From contig NC_043001.1 of NCBI RefSeq assembly GCF_006345805.1, forward strand, positions 9,052,001 through 9,116,000: 64,000 bases of DNA. The letters are read 5' to 3'. A program made the translations under genes and the position numbers. Shown here piece after piece: positions 27,339 through 42,638 of this stretch. Position 1 is the first letter of the stretch. Every line of letters begins with the position of its first letter. The notes beneath the pieces were generated by a model that saw only the letters and a list, made by a program, of their open reading frames with translations, made no database searches and was not told the DNA's origin. Source of the stretch: Octopus sinensis. Its lineage: Eukaryota.

Positions 27339-27722
27339 TGGAGGCGCAATGGCCCAGTGGTTAGGGCAGCGGACTCGCGGTCATAGGATCACGGTTTCGA
27401 TTCCCAGACCGGGCGTTGTGAGTGTTTATTGAGCGAAAACACCTAAAGCTCCACGAGGCTCCGGCAGGGGATGGTGGTGATCCCTGCTGTACTCTTTCAC
27501 CACAACTTTCTCTCACTCTTACTTCCTGTTTCTGTTGTGCCTGTATTTCAAAGGGCCGGCCTTGTCACTCTGTGTCACGCTGAATATCCCCGAGAACTAC
27601 GTTAAGGGTACACGTGTCTGTGGAGTGCTCAGCCACTTACACGTTAATTTCACGAGCAGGCTGTTCTGTTGATTCGGATCAACCGGAACCCTCGTCGTCG
27701 TAACCGACGGAGTGCTTCCATC
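27339..27722 (+). mobile_element. Full-length SINE family C (tail C1) with perfect 14-bp TSD
   Basis: A box TGGCCCAGTGG, B-box-like GGTTTCGATTCC; TSD CATGTCATTAGATG at 27325-27338 and 27723-27736. Confidence 0.92.
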
Positions 27723-28399
27723 CATGTCATTAGATGCTTGTAACACCCAGGACACTTGGCTATGAGGAAACATAAGGAAAACAAATGAGAAGAAAATGAC
27801 GAAGGAAGCTGGTGCAAAAATTGGAATAAGACGAAAGGAAAGAAAACCATAATGTAGAAACGATAATTAATACAGGTGGTGTAGAATAATATAAAAGACA
27901 GGAAGGCCAATATCTGGAAGAAAAGAATTCGATATAGAGTGGATGGTGGCCTACGGTTGGACAAAGGAACTTCTCCATAGATTTGCATTTGCTAAAATTT
28001 CCGTATCTGGTATTCAGTGATTTGATGAAATTTTTGAACCTAAATAAAATATGTGACTTTCAGCTACCCATAACTTGCAGCTTTTTGCCCCATTTATAGA
28101 CGGCGTAGATTTCTACCCGATTCTCCGCTTGATTGTATGTGGTGTGCAGTTGATCTTCAGAACCCATGCATGGCTAGCTGACTTAGTGGCTTTATTCTTA
28201 TCAATATATCGGGGATAGGATGAAAGGCAGTGTCAGTCAAAATACTTGCAATAAACGCGTACTTGTCTAAATCCATGATCACTTCATCAATAAACGTTGC
28301 ATTGATTTGCCTGAACTTATTAAACAATATAAACACGCACTCACTCAAATACACACGCACACAGACCCTACCATTAATGTGTGTGGGTGTGAGTGTATG

Positions 28400-28465
28400 T
28401 ATCTACATCTATCTAGGTGCATATATACATACATACATATGCATATACATACGTATGTATATATT

Positions 28466-28502
<37 letters not shown>

Positions 28503-28608
28503 ATATACATGCGTGTGCATTTATAACTGTGTGTGTGTGTGTTCATGAATGTACATGTTTTTAATATCTCTCTCTCACTCTTACTCTCTCTCTCTCTCTC
28601 TCTCTCTT

Positions 28609-28639
<31 letters not shown>

Positions 28640-28792
28640 GTATGTATGTATGTATATATGTATAACATATATATATGTATACATACATATATGCATGAAT
28701 ATATATGTATTTATATGCATATGTATGTGTATATATATGTATATATATATACATATGTATAATATATATATATAATATATATATATATATAT

Positions 28793-28845
<53 letters not shown>

Positions 28846-28900
28846 ATATATAGCATATACACTTATATACATGCATGCATAGGTATATGTAAATATAGGT
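28400..28900. repeat. Degenerate (TA)n-rich tract
   Basis: Direct reading. Confidence 0.85.
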
Positions 28901-29894
28901 GTGTATGTCTGTATTTATGTACTTTTATAGTATTTCCCATTTACACACGCAAAGATCATCACTATAAATTAATAGTGATAAAGAACACTTATATGTATAT
29001 ATATATATTGGAGCGCCATCATTATCTGTCTATTGTTTGTGCGGGAATCGTATGTAAAATTAGTTAAGAGAGGAGAATTATGATTACATTTAGAAACTTA
29101 TCTGAACAAATAAGCTTCGACATGCACACATAAACAACAATCCATCACTTTAAATCACTTACGAAATATAGTTGTGAATAAAAAGTCTATGCTAAACGGA
29201 AACTACGCTCATCGCCATTTCACTCAACGCCGTTGAAGTGTAGAAGACAAAATTATACGCACCAATATATAATGAACTGTGGACCGCCATTTTCTTTACT
29301 GCGCCGCTGGAAACTCCTCGACACAAAAATATAGGAAACACAATACAGTAACAAAAGCAGCAAATATAATTGGGAAGGTAAGTGTGACTTGCCAGCGGGT
29401 ATTACATATCAGCATGTAATTATATTTTAACTAATTGCTTTAGGGAAATTGATAGTTGCGAGTGAGATAGATAAATCCTGGCTGTAGCAATCTCGGCCCA
29501 GCAGAACATCGAGGCAATGAGAGCCGGAGTGGTCAGGTGTGTAGTAGTTTGACATACATGTTTGATTAAGTGATGTGAAGAGAAGGCCTATGGACCAGTT
29601 TTTTAGACGTTCCACTCACGATTACATGGCTGTGGTTTCAATTCCCGGATCTAGTACACAGGTTTTTCTTTCTTTTTCTTGGTAGTGATCCGGGAATTTT
29701 TATGGATTCTTGAAGGAATTTTCATTTGTTATATTAGAATGTTACGTTCTTTGATTATCTCCCTTGAAAACATGTTCATCGTTTCCACATAACCTATGGC
29801 GGTGTTGTTGTTTCCAAAGTTTATTTTCGTTTCTCTATTAGGAATTTTACTCGCGTATCTATCTTTAAATGAGCTGCTTAGTGGAGGTCTGCGG

Positions 29895-30291
29895 AGGATG
29901 ACATGACAAACCTTGACCATTGGGATCGACTCAAAAAGCCCAGGCTTTCCTCCCTCGACCACCGCTGTGAGCTCTATATCATCTGTCTGATGTGGAAAAT
30001 ATTCCATCAACATTGCCCATCTTTAAAATTCGTCTGAGGCTTGGCCCCCGTGCCATCCGTCCACTACAGAAATGTTCGTGTCATAACACAACACGATGAC
30101 AAAACTATTTCACCTCAATTGACCCTGCTCTCTTCAGTATCGTGCCAGACACACATAAAGGACGAACATGTCTTCACGGCATTCAAACGATCCCAAGACG
30201 ATTACCCCCAACAAATACCAGATAAACCACCCACACCCAGATATGTCTCTGGAAACAATAATCCTCTGCTTGAATGGGTGGCTGTTCCCCA
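29895..30291 (+). mobile_element. CR1/L2-group LINE remnant, C-terminus of ORF2
   Basis: Frameshifted translation WDRLKKPRLSSLDHRCELYIICLMWKIFHQHCP...FKRS..QQIPDKPPTPRYVSGNNNPLLEW, resembling the post-RT tail of CR1-group ORF2. Confidence 0.7.
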
Positions 30292-30895
30292 GATCTGAGT
30301 TTGGATTTCAGTTGCTTTACAGCTTTTCTTGTTTCTTCTTTTTCTTCATAATTGGTATGTAGTATGACTTCTTGTTTGTATTTGTCAGCTTCCTTAAAAA
30401 CTGAAAACAGTTTTTTGTTTTGTTTGTGGTTATTTGCATTAGTTTTCCTTGCTTCTGAAGTAGGTATTTTCGAAGTCCTATGATGGTTATTTTGTAATAG
30501 TTTTCAAGCTGTATAAGACTGCTACCACTTTCTATGTTATATATATAATATTTCTATGTTAGAATTTGGGTGGTTGCATCCAAACTCCAGTCATTATTTT
30601 GCTGGTTTTCCTGTCTATTTTGGTTAGTTCATTTAGTGTCCAGTTAAGGATATTGTAGCTGTAACTTATAACTGGGACGGCTAAAGTGTTAATACCTATT
30701 ATCTTGTTTTTAGCATTGAGCTTTGTTTTCAGTATCAATCTAACTCGTCTATAGTATTCTTTCTTTATTTTCTCTTTCATTTTGTGTGTTGTATCATATC
30801 TAGTTCATTGACTCCTAAACATGTCTATGTCTGGCTTTAGTCTAATTCTCTTATTTCATTTGATTTATCTAGTGTAATGTTGCTACTCATAACTA
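30292..30895 (-). mobile_element. R4/Dong-type non-LTR retrotransposon remnant (RT motif 7 to thumb)
   Basis: Decayed YKYLG motif, then MKEKIKKEYYRRVRLILKTKLNAKNKIIGINTLAVPVISYSYNILNWTLNELTKIDRKT and LIQLENYYKITIIGL; 5' side abuts (AAT)n/(GAT)n. Confidence 0.85.
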
Positions 30896-30954
30896 ATATC
30901 ATCATCATCATCATCCTCCTCATCATCATCATCATCATCATCATTATAATAATA

Positions 30955-30987
<33 letters not shown>

Positions 30988-31090
30988 ATTATTATTATTA
31001 TTATTATTTATTATGTTCTAATTTTATTGTAGTGAAGCAAATAATTGGTTGTTTCTATGATGTTAAGACGATGTAATAGTTTATATAAAG

Positions 31091-31350
31091 TGAAGGCGCG
31101 TAGCTTAGTGTTTAGCTTAATCGGCTCATGATCGTAAGGTTACGAGTTCGATACCCGGCAGAGCATTGTTTCTTTCAGCATGACACTTATTTATTTTATA
31201 TTGATTTTGTCCTTTCAGCTAGCAAAAATGAGGGACCCCTACATTCTAAAAGTGGCCAGCTTTGTCATATTCCTTGTCATGCTTTTTCTCTCTGGTTCTT
31301 CTCTTGATCACATCAACAGGAATACTGGTCGTCGTAACCGACGGAGTGCC
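31091..31350 (+). mobile_element. Degenerate SINE: family D-like head with tail C1 remnant
   Basis: GTGAAGGCGCGTAGCTTAGTG..GAGTTCGATACC; ends GTCGTCGTAACCGACGGAGTG. Confidence 0.6.
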
Positions 31351-31379
31351 GCTTGGTTATACCTTATTTTAGAGATCTG

Positions 31380-31632
31380 TAGGCTTGGTTGTGTGGTAAG
31401 GAGCTTGCTTCCCAACCAAATGGTTTCGGGTTCAGTCCTGTTTCTACTATAGCCTCGGGCCGAACAAAGCATTGTGAATGGATCTGGTTGAAGGAAACTG
31501 AAAGAAGCCCGTGGTGGCAAAGGAAACCGTTAGAATAAGTACTAGATTTACAAAGAATGCCTTGACGTCGATTTCTTTGGGTAAAGTCGGTGCTTCAGCA
31601 TAGCCGCAGTCTAATGACTGAAAACAAAGAAT
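31380..31632 (+). mobile_element. SINE family B, internally deleted
   Basis: Head and tail both recognisable. Confidence 0.7.
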
Positions 31633-31726
31633 AAATTATAAAATGATAAATAACACGATAAAAACGTTGGGAACATTCTGTGTTGTATAAAATAGGAGTA
31701 GGAGGATGTGGGGGAGGTGGATGCGG

Positions 31727-31856
31727 AGAAGAATAAGAAGAAGGGGAAGAAGAAGAAGAAGAAGAAGAAGAAGAAGAAGAAGAAGAAGAAGAAGAAGAAG
31801 AAGAAAAAGAAGAAGAAGAAGAAGAAGAAGAAGAAGAAGAAGAAGAAAAAGAAGAA
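31727..31856. repeat. (AGA)n microsatellite
   Basis: Direct reading. Confidence 0.95.
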
Positions 31857-32489
31857 TCGAAATATTGTTATATAAAGAAAGAATGTTTTAAGGAATAGAA
31901 ATATTTAATTTTAACAGACTGGACTACTTATGACTAGCATCGGAGGGTAAAGAAATTTTGACTGTAGCCGTTATTGTTGAAAGAGATTATAATGGATGAA
32001 ATCACGGAGCTTAATTTTTCTCTAGTTTCATTTACTATTTAAAGAGAGCGAAATAGCTTGGTGTTATTAATTGTAAAACCGTTGAGATTAATGGTCCAAT
32101 TGAAAACATTTTAACTAGAGAATTACGAAGAAAAGCGGAGGGATATATTATGAATAGATTCTCAAAAATAACATTAAGGTCATTAGGCTGCTAATTGATA
32201 CGGAATAATTTATCCTGATTCATTGATATTATTTATGTTTCCTAGTAAACGCAAATAATTTGCCTGGTAGCAAGATAGACTTAGGAATACATCAAGTACA
32301 CTTTAAATGAGATGTAAATAAGGCAACTAAACATACATAATTATGCCTAATCTCTCGTTGACGATTATCGGACAATTAGGAATGGTGGGACAAGAAATTA
32401 TGTACGTATACGTGTGTATGTATTCAATATACGCATGCATTCAATGTGTAGTAAAAGACGTTCCAATCAGCGGGCCCGAGCCTGTTGGG

Positions 32490-33720
32490 TGTCATAAAAT
32501 AACAGAATATTATGGGTCAATTTTGCATATGTAATAAAACACACGTTACGAAAGAATATTACAGCCGAATAAAGAAAATTTGGATCCCAGAACTCTCTGC
32601 ATTCAATGAAAGAGTGGCCCACAAAGCGTTTGGAGTACCTGAACTCATACCAAAATTTGGCATGCTTGATTCGACACTTGATGAGATCCATTGATGTGAA
32701 AGCCCCAAAATACTGTCAAGCAGATGAGGGCAGCTGCATCAAACTCACTCATACACCAAATGTCAATTGCTAAAAAGCACTCGTCAAGTAAAATCGTGTG
32801 GCAACACCAAATGGCGGTGCCCCAGCATGGCCACAGCTCATGAGCTGAAACTAGATGAAAAAAAGGCATACATAATTTCCATATAATGTGATGTAGACCG
32901 CCTCTACCTAAAACGAAGATAAGGCGGAAGAGGCTTAACATCGATCCAATATGCCGTTGAATGTCGCATCATATCCCTTCGGCGACATCTTTTAACCACC
33001 AAGTGTCAAAGTGCATACCCTAACAAAGTTCGCATACATGAGGTTGATGACACCGTAAGACTTGGAAGGCAGATCTTCGAGCCACATTCCTCGTCTGATA
33101 ACCTAGAATACATGTCCAAACATGTCACACGACTCTGACGCAAAGTATCATCAGATAAAATGTAAGCAAAATAGATCTGATATAATGACTGAGATAGAGA
33201 AACTGTGTATATTTGTGGACATTAGCTGTCGAGCGAATGGTAACATAAAGTTAAATGTCAGAGAAAAAGAAGGTACCTACGAGGAACTATTGAGAAATCT
33301 GCAGTTATTGTATTAAGATTACAATTTCAGGTTTATATCTGTAATTATTGGAGCCCTGAAATATGTCACACATAACGTAAATACCAATCTTGAGAAATTA
33401 GGCTTCTCAAATCCAGAAAGGACAAAGCGAATTCGAAGACTATAGATCCATTCCATCACTGGAACTGTAAAAATTTGTAAAACTTACAAGAAATTTATCA
33501 TTTAAATATCATTTAAATATACATGAGTATGTCTAGATATGCAACCATATGCATGAGAATGCATACATGAAGGAAAACGTACAAAATCTGCACATATGCA
33601 GACATACAAACAAAAATGCCCTATAATTGATGTTTAAATTCCAATGTAGGAACCTTGGGTCTAGGTTAGAAACCGGATCATTCTCTATTGGCAAGAAATC
33701 TTGAAATAAAAATGAACAAT
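32490..33720 (+). mobile_element. Second R4/Dong-type LINE remnant: RT thumb, internal deletion, restriction-like endonuclease, 3' UTR
   Basis: KEYYSRIKKIW..ELSAFN..AH.AF.VP, DVDRLYLKRR*GGRGL, then NRSDIM..CIFVDISC..KEGTYEELLRNLQ (decayed PD-(D/E)xK RLE) and VIIGAL; interrupted at about 32733-32866. Confidence 0.85.
32733..32866 (+). mobile_element. Nested 5'-truncated retroelement with SINE-B-like 3' tail
   Basis: Interrupts the LINE reading frame; ends GGCGGTGCCCCAGCATGGCCACAGCTCATGAGCTGAAACTAGATGAAAAAAA. Confidence 0.65.
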
Positions 33721-33750
33721 GACATACATAGATACACACACACACACATG

Positions 33751-33795
<45 letters not shown>

Positions 33796-34334
33796 ATATA
33801 CATATACATGACGAGTTTCCTTCAGTTTCCGTCTTCTAAATACAGTCTCAATGTTTATCACTCGGCCCGACGCTGTAGTATATAACAGTTGTCCAAGAAG
33901 CCACACAGAGAAACCGAACCCAGGATACAAACCTTTTCCTACACAACCGCTCCTGCGCCTATATTGTACATTAATTTTGACATGCCATAGATGTGTTGGA
34001 CACGAAAATGATAAATTCGGAGTCTTAGATTTGGCGACAATAAACAGAGAAGTGAACAGAGAAGCCAACTATCATTAAATGTAAAGTATAGATTAAGGCA
34101 ACCAAGAAACAGTTATTGTTTATAGAAAATATATCTGCCTTCATCTTTCTAGCAGCACACGGTACGGAAACTTTATAATTCATAATTCACTGGAATTTTA
34201 TACATCATTCGCTACAAAGCGAAGACTTCCATCATATACACACACACACACATGCATACGCACACATGAGTGTGTCTGTGTGTGTGTGCGTGTGTATATT
34301 AGTGTGTATGAATGTCTGTACATTTTAATATACA

Positions 34335-35377
<1,043 letters not shown>

Positions 35378-36685
35378 TATATCCAACCCACACACATGCA
35401 TAAATATATACTACGTATCTATGTATGTATGTATGTATTATTCATATATGTGCAATAAATGCTAGAGAATACGCAGATTTCACAACTTCGGTGGTTAAGA
35501 CATTTTAAAAGGTTACTGTTGCCGATAGAAAAATGCTGTATCTCTGAATATCCATGCGTATGCCAGGAATTGTTATTCCACGCTCAGTGACTTTGCTGAA
35601 AATGTGAATGACATGCATTTGACGTGCATTCAGTTCAGACGATTTAGTCAAACACATACGATGCCTCCGGTATGAAAAGCTTCTTTTCAAGTAGTTATAG
35701 AAAAATACGAAAATAGGATGTATGCACAGTATTTCTGCAGATTGTTCTGCAAAAATATGGTAAATATATGATATTTGGATATGATTGAAACGGGATCTGA
35801 ACTATACAGAATAAAGGAAATCTATAGTTCACATGATAATTCTCATATATATATGTGGTGTGTGTCTATATATATACATACACACATACACACATATATA
35901 TATAGGTATATAGATACATAGATATATAGATATTTAGGTATATAGATATATATATGCATATAGATATATACACGTATACTTACAATATATATATATATAT
36001 ATATACATATATTATATATATATATATATATGCACTACCACCATAACAAGGGAAGCTCTTACACTATGCGTAAAAATTATTCTGCCAAAAGATTCCTATC
36101 TTTCTATGTCATTTTAAAAGTATTTTTATATAACTAACAAAATTTAAATTTAAGAATATCTTACCTCAACCATTGTAACTATATCAATAATTCGTTTTTA
36201 CATATATATATATATAAAGTGAGAGAGAGAGATAGAGAGAGAGAGAAAGAGAGAGAAAGAAAGTGCACACAGATAATGGAATTTTATACATTTATCCCAG
36301 TTAGCTTACACATCTTTCCGATAACATTTTGGAGAGGCCTAGTTCCCTAGTTTAATCATCACATTTATCAATCTATCCATAATCGATGGATTGTAAATGC
36401 ACAAAACCGTCCTCTCCTTTATCTTCTTCAGAGTTTCAAAATACTGGCAGCAAAAAATATGGGATACCCAATTTTTAACATTATACGTATTGAAAGAGAC
36501 CCCCACCTCCTTAGACAAAATTCCATAGCTACAAATATTTAACACCATATCTACATAATGTATTGGATTTGGGTATTGTTAGCATCATCGAGCTGCTTCT
36601 AATACAATTATTTTGAATTTTGTTCTACTTGTGCAGCCCCATGGAATGCATTTTAGCCATATCGCAAATTAGAAATTATTTCATA

Positions 36686-37075
36686 TCTTTATATATAAAA
36701 GTAAGGTTGTGTGTCTGTCTACTCCGATTTAGATTCTTAACTACTCCCACATTTTGCGGTGCAGTTTAACTAAAACCGAGTATCTTATAGTCGTGATTCA
36801 TATCGAGCCCTTCTGGGTATTAGCGCGCGTCTTCGATGAGTCTACGATTTTAAAAATAATTTACCATTATTTTTTTCCATTTTAATGCATATTTTTTTAA
36901 AGAGAAGTAACTCTCTAAAAATGTCTACGATGAGTCAACGATTTTTAAAAAAATTTACCATCATTTTTTTTCCATTTTTAATGCATTTATTTGCTATTTT
37001 TTGGCTATAACTCTCTAAAAATGCTTTATAGTTATTTCCCTTACAAACACGAACAACGCCGGGCGATACTGCTAG
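36686..37075 (+). mobile_element. Non-autonomous Helitron
   Basis: A|TCTTTATATATAAAAG 5' end, subterminal decayed hairpin ACACGAACAACGCCGGGCG, CTAG|T 3' end, no TSD, internal 60-bp duplication. Confidence 0.8.
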
Positions 37076-37809
37076 TGAATTATAAAAATTCAAACTGATT
37101 ATTTATAGAAATTAAAGTTATGAGAGCATACTAAACATCACAACATCACAATACCGTTTTGGCTGTGCTATTCCTTTCCATCTTAGCATAAATTGTTTAA
37201 TTAAATCGTATCCCCATCGTGGTGGATGATTCCCAAGAGACTTTCTCTGATTTTTATATGGAACACAAACGCATTAAAATCTAATTAAAAATTGTCATGT
37301 TGTTGGTAAAAGAACGTACGAGTGAATAAAAATTAATGTTTAAATATTTTTGTAATAATAAATAATGAATAATAAATAATAGCAAAAAAATTTAGCTCGT
37401 AATCTCACCAAGGAAACTAAAGATTTGTTGTACTTGTTGAAGATACAGCAAAAATACCCAAGGTTGTATGTACACTGATTATAGAAATGCTCAGAAAAAT
37501 AACTCCATTATGGTACTGCATTAAAGAACTATATCAAACATAACAGATATAATGTATCCTTTCTATAAACGTGTACAGTTGTGCACATACAATCACAAAT
37601 TCCCATACGCCGATCAATTGTATTCGTATAACTGTAAATAAGAAAATTAGGAATGTATTTTCGTAGATACATGTAAGAATAAGAATGTCTAATATTCCCC
37701 TGCACCTATATGTCAACGATGTCTTAGCAGCCCGAAACTTTGAAGTATCTGTCACAAACATTCTTCGTATAAGAATATAAAATTTGTACTCTACACAGAG
37801 TAGAGTAAC

Positions 37810-38085
37810 ACCTCCCGTACCATTTCTCTGTTTATTTTCCCGTCCTTGTTTCCGTATGCGTTCACTGCTTTCTTCCAGGGAAGATGGTGCTCTTAGCTTA
37901 GATTTCCCTTTGGGTTGGCCAGATTGGAGCAGTCTTCAGTATAACCAGCCGAAACTGCATATCCAATCTGGAACTCGACTGACGAAACAAAATTCCGAAA
38001 CACCCGTCCATGTTTTCTCTTGTTCCATGTTTTGTATTCTTTTTTATATACCTAGAGCAGTGTATGTAAACTTTGGTCGCTTATA
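37810..38085 (+). mobile_element. Interspersed repeat, possibly Penelope-like terminal region with decayed hammerhead-like motif (37979-38008)
   Basis: Homologous to 49105-49400 (minus); CTGACGA..CCGAAAC ACCC GTC with poor stem II. Confidence 0.5.
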
Positions 38086-38165
38086 TGTAAACACATATAT
38101 ATATATACTCTTTTACTTTTACTTATTTCAGTCATCTGACTGTGGCTATGCTGGAGCGCCGCCTT

Positions 38166-38224
<59 letters not shown>

Positions 38225-38432
38225 TATTAGAGACAAAACCACTATTTTGCAAAACAAACAATAATTTTGTATATTATTATATATAAAAAATTTTCTACGA
38301 CTCTCTTATTCTTTAATTCTTTCTTTCTATCAGACCCTTCACACTTACTTCGTTCTTTCCACTCTTCTTTCTTTCGCACCCTTTCTCTAACTCGTCCCAC
38401 ACGTGACAGCAGTCGTTTGACATAAGCCCACA

Positions 38433-38501
38433 AGATAGATAGAGATAGATGGATAGGTAGATAGATAGATATATAGATAGATTAGAGATAGATAGATAGA
38501 C

Positions 38502-38566
<65 letters not shown>

Positions 38567-38611
38567 CATAGATAGATAGATAGATAGATACATAGATAGA
38601 TAGATAGATAG

Positions 38612-38670
<59 letters not shown>
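38433..38670. repeat. (GATA)n microsatellite
   Basis: Direct reading. Confidence 0.95.
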
Positions 38671-38949
38671 AAATATAGAAAAGAAAATTGAATCGATACG
38701 TTGGACACATACATGGGAAATGTTTGCAAAATATTTTATATGTCCGTATGAATTATGACTTTCTACGTTGAGGTTATTTTCTCTCTTACCTGTTTCCTCC
38801 ACAGAATGATAAATATAATGTTTTAATAAACAAGCAAATTTATTTATGCTTCTTGATTTCATTACTTTATTTTCATTGAAACACGTGGCCTGAAGGGATG
38901 CAATACACACACACACACACTACATAGACGTATTACTGTTAAGTGGATA

Positions 38950-38953
38950 TATA

Positions 38954-38993
<40 letters not shown>

Positions 38994-39290
38994 TATATAG
39001 AGATAGATAGATAGATAGATATATAGATATAAATATAGATATAGATATACATATTTTATGTATATGTGTGTGTCTGTGCGTATAAAGAATGGATGGATGG
39101 ACGGATGTGAGTACGTATGCGTGTATGTATGTGTATGTGTGTATGTGTGTATATAGTGTGTGCAAGTCTAAATTTTGATCAGTATATGTGTATGTACATA
39201 GACGCACACACATATGCATATATATATATACACATATATACATACACATATGTATATATACAAATATAGCACACACACATACATAAATAA

Positions 39291-39322
<32 letters not shown>

Positions 39323-39329
39323 TATATAT

Positions 39330-39363
<34 letters not shown>

Positions 39364-39680
39364 CATATGTATGCATGCATGTATGCATATATGTATGTAT
39401 GTATGTATATACATGTAAGTATTTGTATGATATAGATTTTACGATAGATTAAGTTAATGCATACATTTAAATGTGCATCACGATAATAAGAGCTTAATAT
39501 AATTCCGGTAAATATATATTTATACACACTCATTACACACAACACGTATATAGGTTTACATATGTTCTTCTTTGTGTCTATGGATACGCGTGTTTGTGTG
39601 TATATGTCCATTATTTTTCGTTTCTATGCCATCCTTGTTGTCTCTGATTTCATACACATACATATCAACACACACACAAC

Positions 39681-39717
<37 letters not shown>

Positions 39718-39873
39718 TAATATATATATATATATATATATATATTTGTAGATATACACAAATACATACACATAGTTGTATATATATATGTATATATATG
39801 TATATATATATATATATGTACATATATACGCATATATATACATACATATATATATATATACGTCTATATTCGT

Positions 39874-39918
<45 letters not shown>

Positions 39919-40020
39919 AATATATGTGTGTAGGTGCGTATGTATGAATGTATGTCTGTATATATGTATGTATGTATTTATGTTTGTACGTATGCATGTT
40001 TGTATGTTTGTATGCGCGTA
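38950..40020. repeat. Degenerate (TA)n/(TATG)n zone
   Basis: Direct reading. Confidence 0.85.
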
Positions 40021-40780
40021 TTTAAAATGAGAACTGTTTTATCTTTCGTCTATAAAATCGGATTCTCCTTCAACTGTTTTCCTTTATCATTTCGAATTTC
40101 TAACTCAAGCATACGGAATAAAGTTTGTAATGTTTCTCCATAGACAATTTCTAAAACTTCATTTACTTCACCGCTGATATCGCCATACGCAGAAATATGT
40201 TATATTCCAGCAATAAACAGTCAGATTTGATAATATGCTCACTACGAACATCGTCTCATTTCGTGTTGCAGTGATGTTTGCGTCACTCTTGGATTAATTA
40301 AGCTTTCAGTTACAATGTACATCACCATTCGATATCCTGTTTAGTATTTGTAAAAATGGTTTTAATTCACTTTAAATGGCTTCTTCTAAATATAAAACGT
40401 GATCGCGTAAAAGGTTGTTTAATTCTTCGTTAATTCGGCGAAACGTTGACATGAAAGAGGTTTCGGAGAATATATGAACAATTTCCTAGCCTAGATATAA
40501 TTAACAAATACATTGAATACAGGCTGTCAAACACAGAGGGTCATTTTGTCCATATGTGCGTTGACGAATGTTTAAATATATGAATACGTATTGGGAAAGT
40601 AAGACATAAATTTAGTAGCTCTACATTATAACACACTCACATACATACAATTATATGTATACTTAAGTCTCTATTTTTATGTATATATATGTGTGTATAC
40701 GTAGATATATCTATGCTTATTTCACATGCGTATACATTATATATATATATATATATATGTATATATAGGTTTAAAGATGC

Positions 40781-40821
<41 letters not shown>

Positions 40822-40872
40822 CACGTATATAAACGTATTCGTATATATCATATATATATGTGTGTGTATATC

Positions 40873-40914
<42 letters not shown>

Positions 40915-42309
40915 ATTTTCAATTACACATACATATAATATTTTAAATTTTACATTTAAACTTTTAAATCGTAACATATTTCAACAAATCTTTAGATAAA
41001 TAGATAGCTAGACAAATGGAGATATGAATGGATGAATGGATGGATGGATGGATGGATGGATGGATGGATGGATGGATGGATGGATGGATGGATAATCCCC
41101 CCATGTTTAGACAGGTACATAGATGACATATAACTTTGGTTATGATCATTATTTACTCTTGGCATAATTGCATACGTGGTTGTGCGTGTATGTGTGCATG
41201 TGTATATATCTATATTATATTCATGCATGTATGCATACACACACATATGTGCATATATGTATATACAAGCATATAGATATATATGTATATATATATGTAT
41301 ATATTTGTGTGTGTGTGTGTGTGTGTGTGTATAAAGTTGTACTAACCGTATTACCTTTTCTAAAAATAGCATCCCCATTACAACCAGAAGTGGCGATCAA
41401 CTTTTACCGCTTTTTCCCCAATCATTTTCACACCTCACTTTTGCGTCGACTCACCTAAACGGCTGCCACTTGTGTTATGAGACTACTGTGTAGCTAAGTT
41501 CCGTAATAGATGAAGTTAAAGTCTTGGAATAACATTTCGAAATATCAAACATTCTGTCTCCTAATATAAATATACAATGTGCTGCCAGTATCAAATATTG
41601 TATAGGTTCTTAGTCTATAATCAAACACAATATTCAGAATATAACTCATACTTGTGCAGTTACTGACTACATATTATTAACTCTAAGTCACTGAAAATAA
41701 GATCAATATTCCAGCATGAATGCCATATGAATCCTTATGAAATTCCTACATCAATAGATCTTCATACGGTTTAACCAGGAACAAATAAAAATAGTTTGAC
41801 ACCATAATTCTTAGTGTCAGCTCCAATAGTATAGCACAATGTTAATTCTCTGTGGACATACAAATCCGATGTATGCTTACCGTGTCATATAATGTTGGGC
41901 TTACTATTACTTTATGAAATACAATGCAGTTTAATCACAGAACCATAGCCAAAGCCAGTTGCAAGACGAACGGACATTAATCGATATTTTGTTCTATAGT
42001 ACACATACAGTGATCTTGTGCTGTGTACGACTCCTACCGAGTTATACTACATAATGTTGTTATATGAATACGATAACTAAATGAATTATATATATATATA
42101 TATATATTTATATATGACACTATATTTATACACGCATTCGCACACAACTTTCATTTATAATTTTTTATATATCTATATTTATACATACACATATATATGT
42201 ATATATATTTACCCAAAAATTTGGATAAATAGTTTTATATATATCTGTAAGTATACGCACATATATATATAATATATATATATCAATGTAGCTATCTATC
42301 TAGTTATCA

Positions 42310-42357
42310 ACCTATCTGTATATATATAAAATATATATATAGATATGTGTATATATA

Positions 42358-42400
<43 letters not shown>

Positions 42401-42409
42401 GTATATATA

Positions 42410-42472
<63 letters not shown>

Positions 42473-42527
42473 CATATATACATATATATATATGTATATA
42501 TATATAATATATATATATATATGTATG

Positions 42528-42558
<31 letters not shown>

Positions 42559-42596
42559 TATATATATCTATATATATATATATGTAAATATATATG

Positions 42597-42638
<42 letters not shown>

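Noticed and set aside
27339-27412. tRNA gene calls for SINE heads
   Set aside because: A and B boxes are present, but there is no full cloverleaf and each head continues into a SINE body, here with a TSD.
31706-31891. Protamine-like poly-Arg ORF
   Set aside because: Pure (AGA)n microsatellite.
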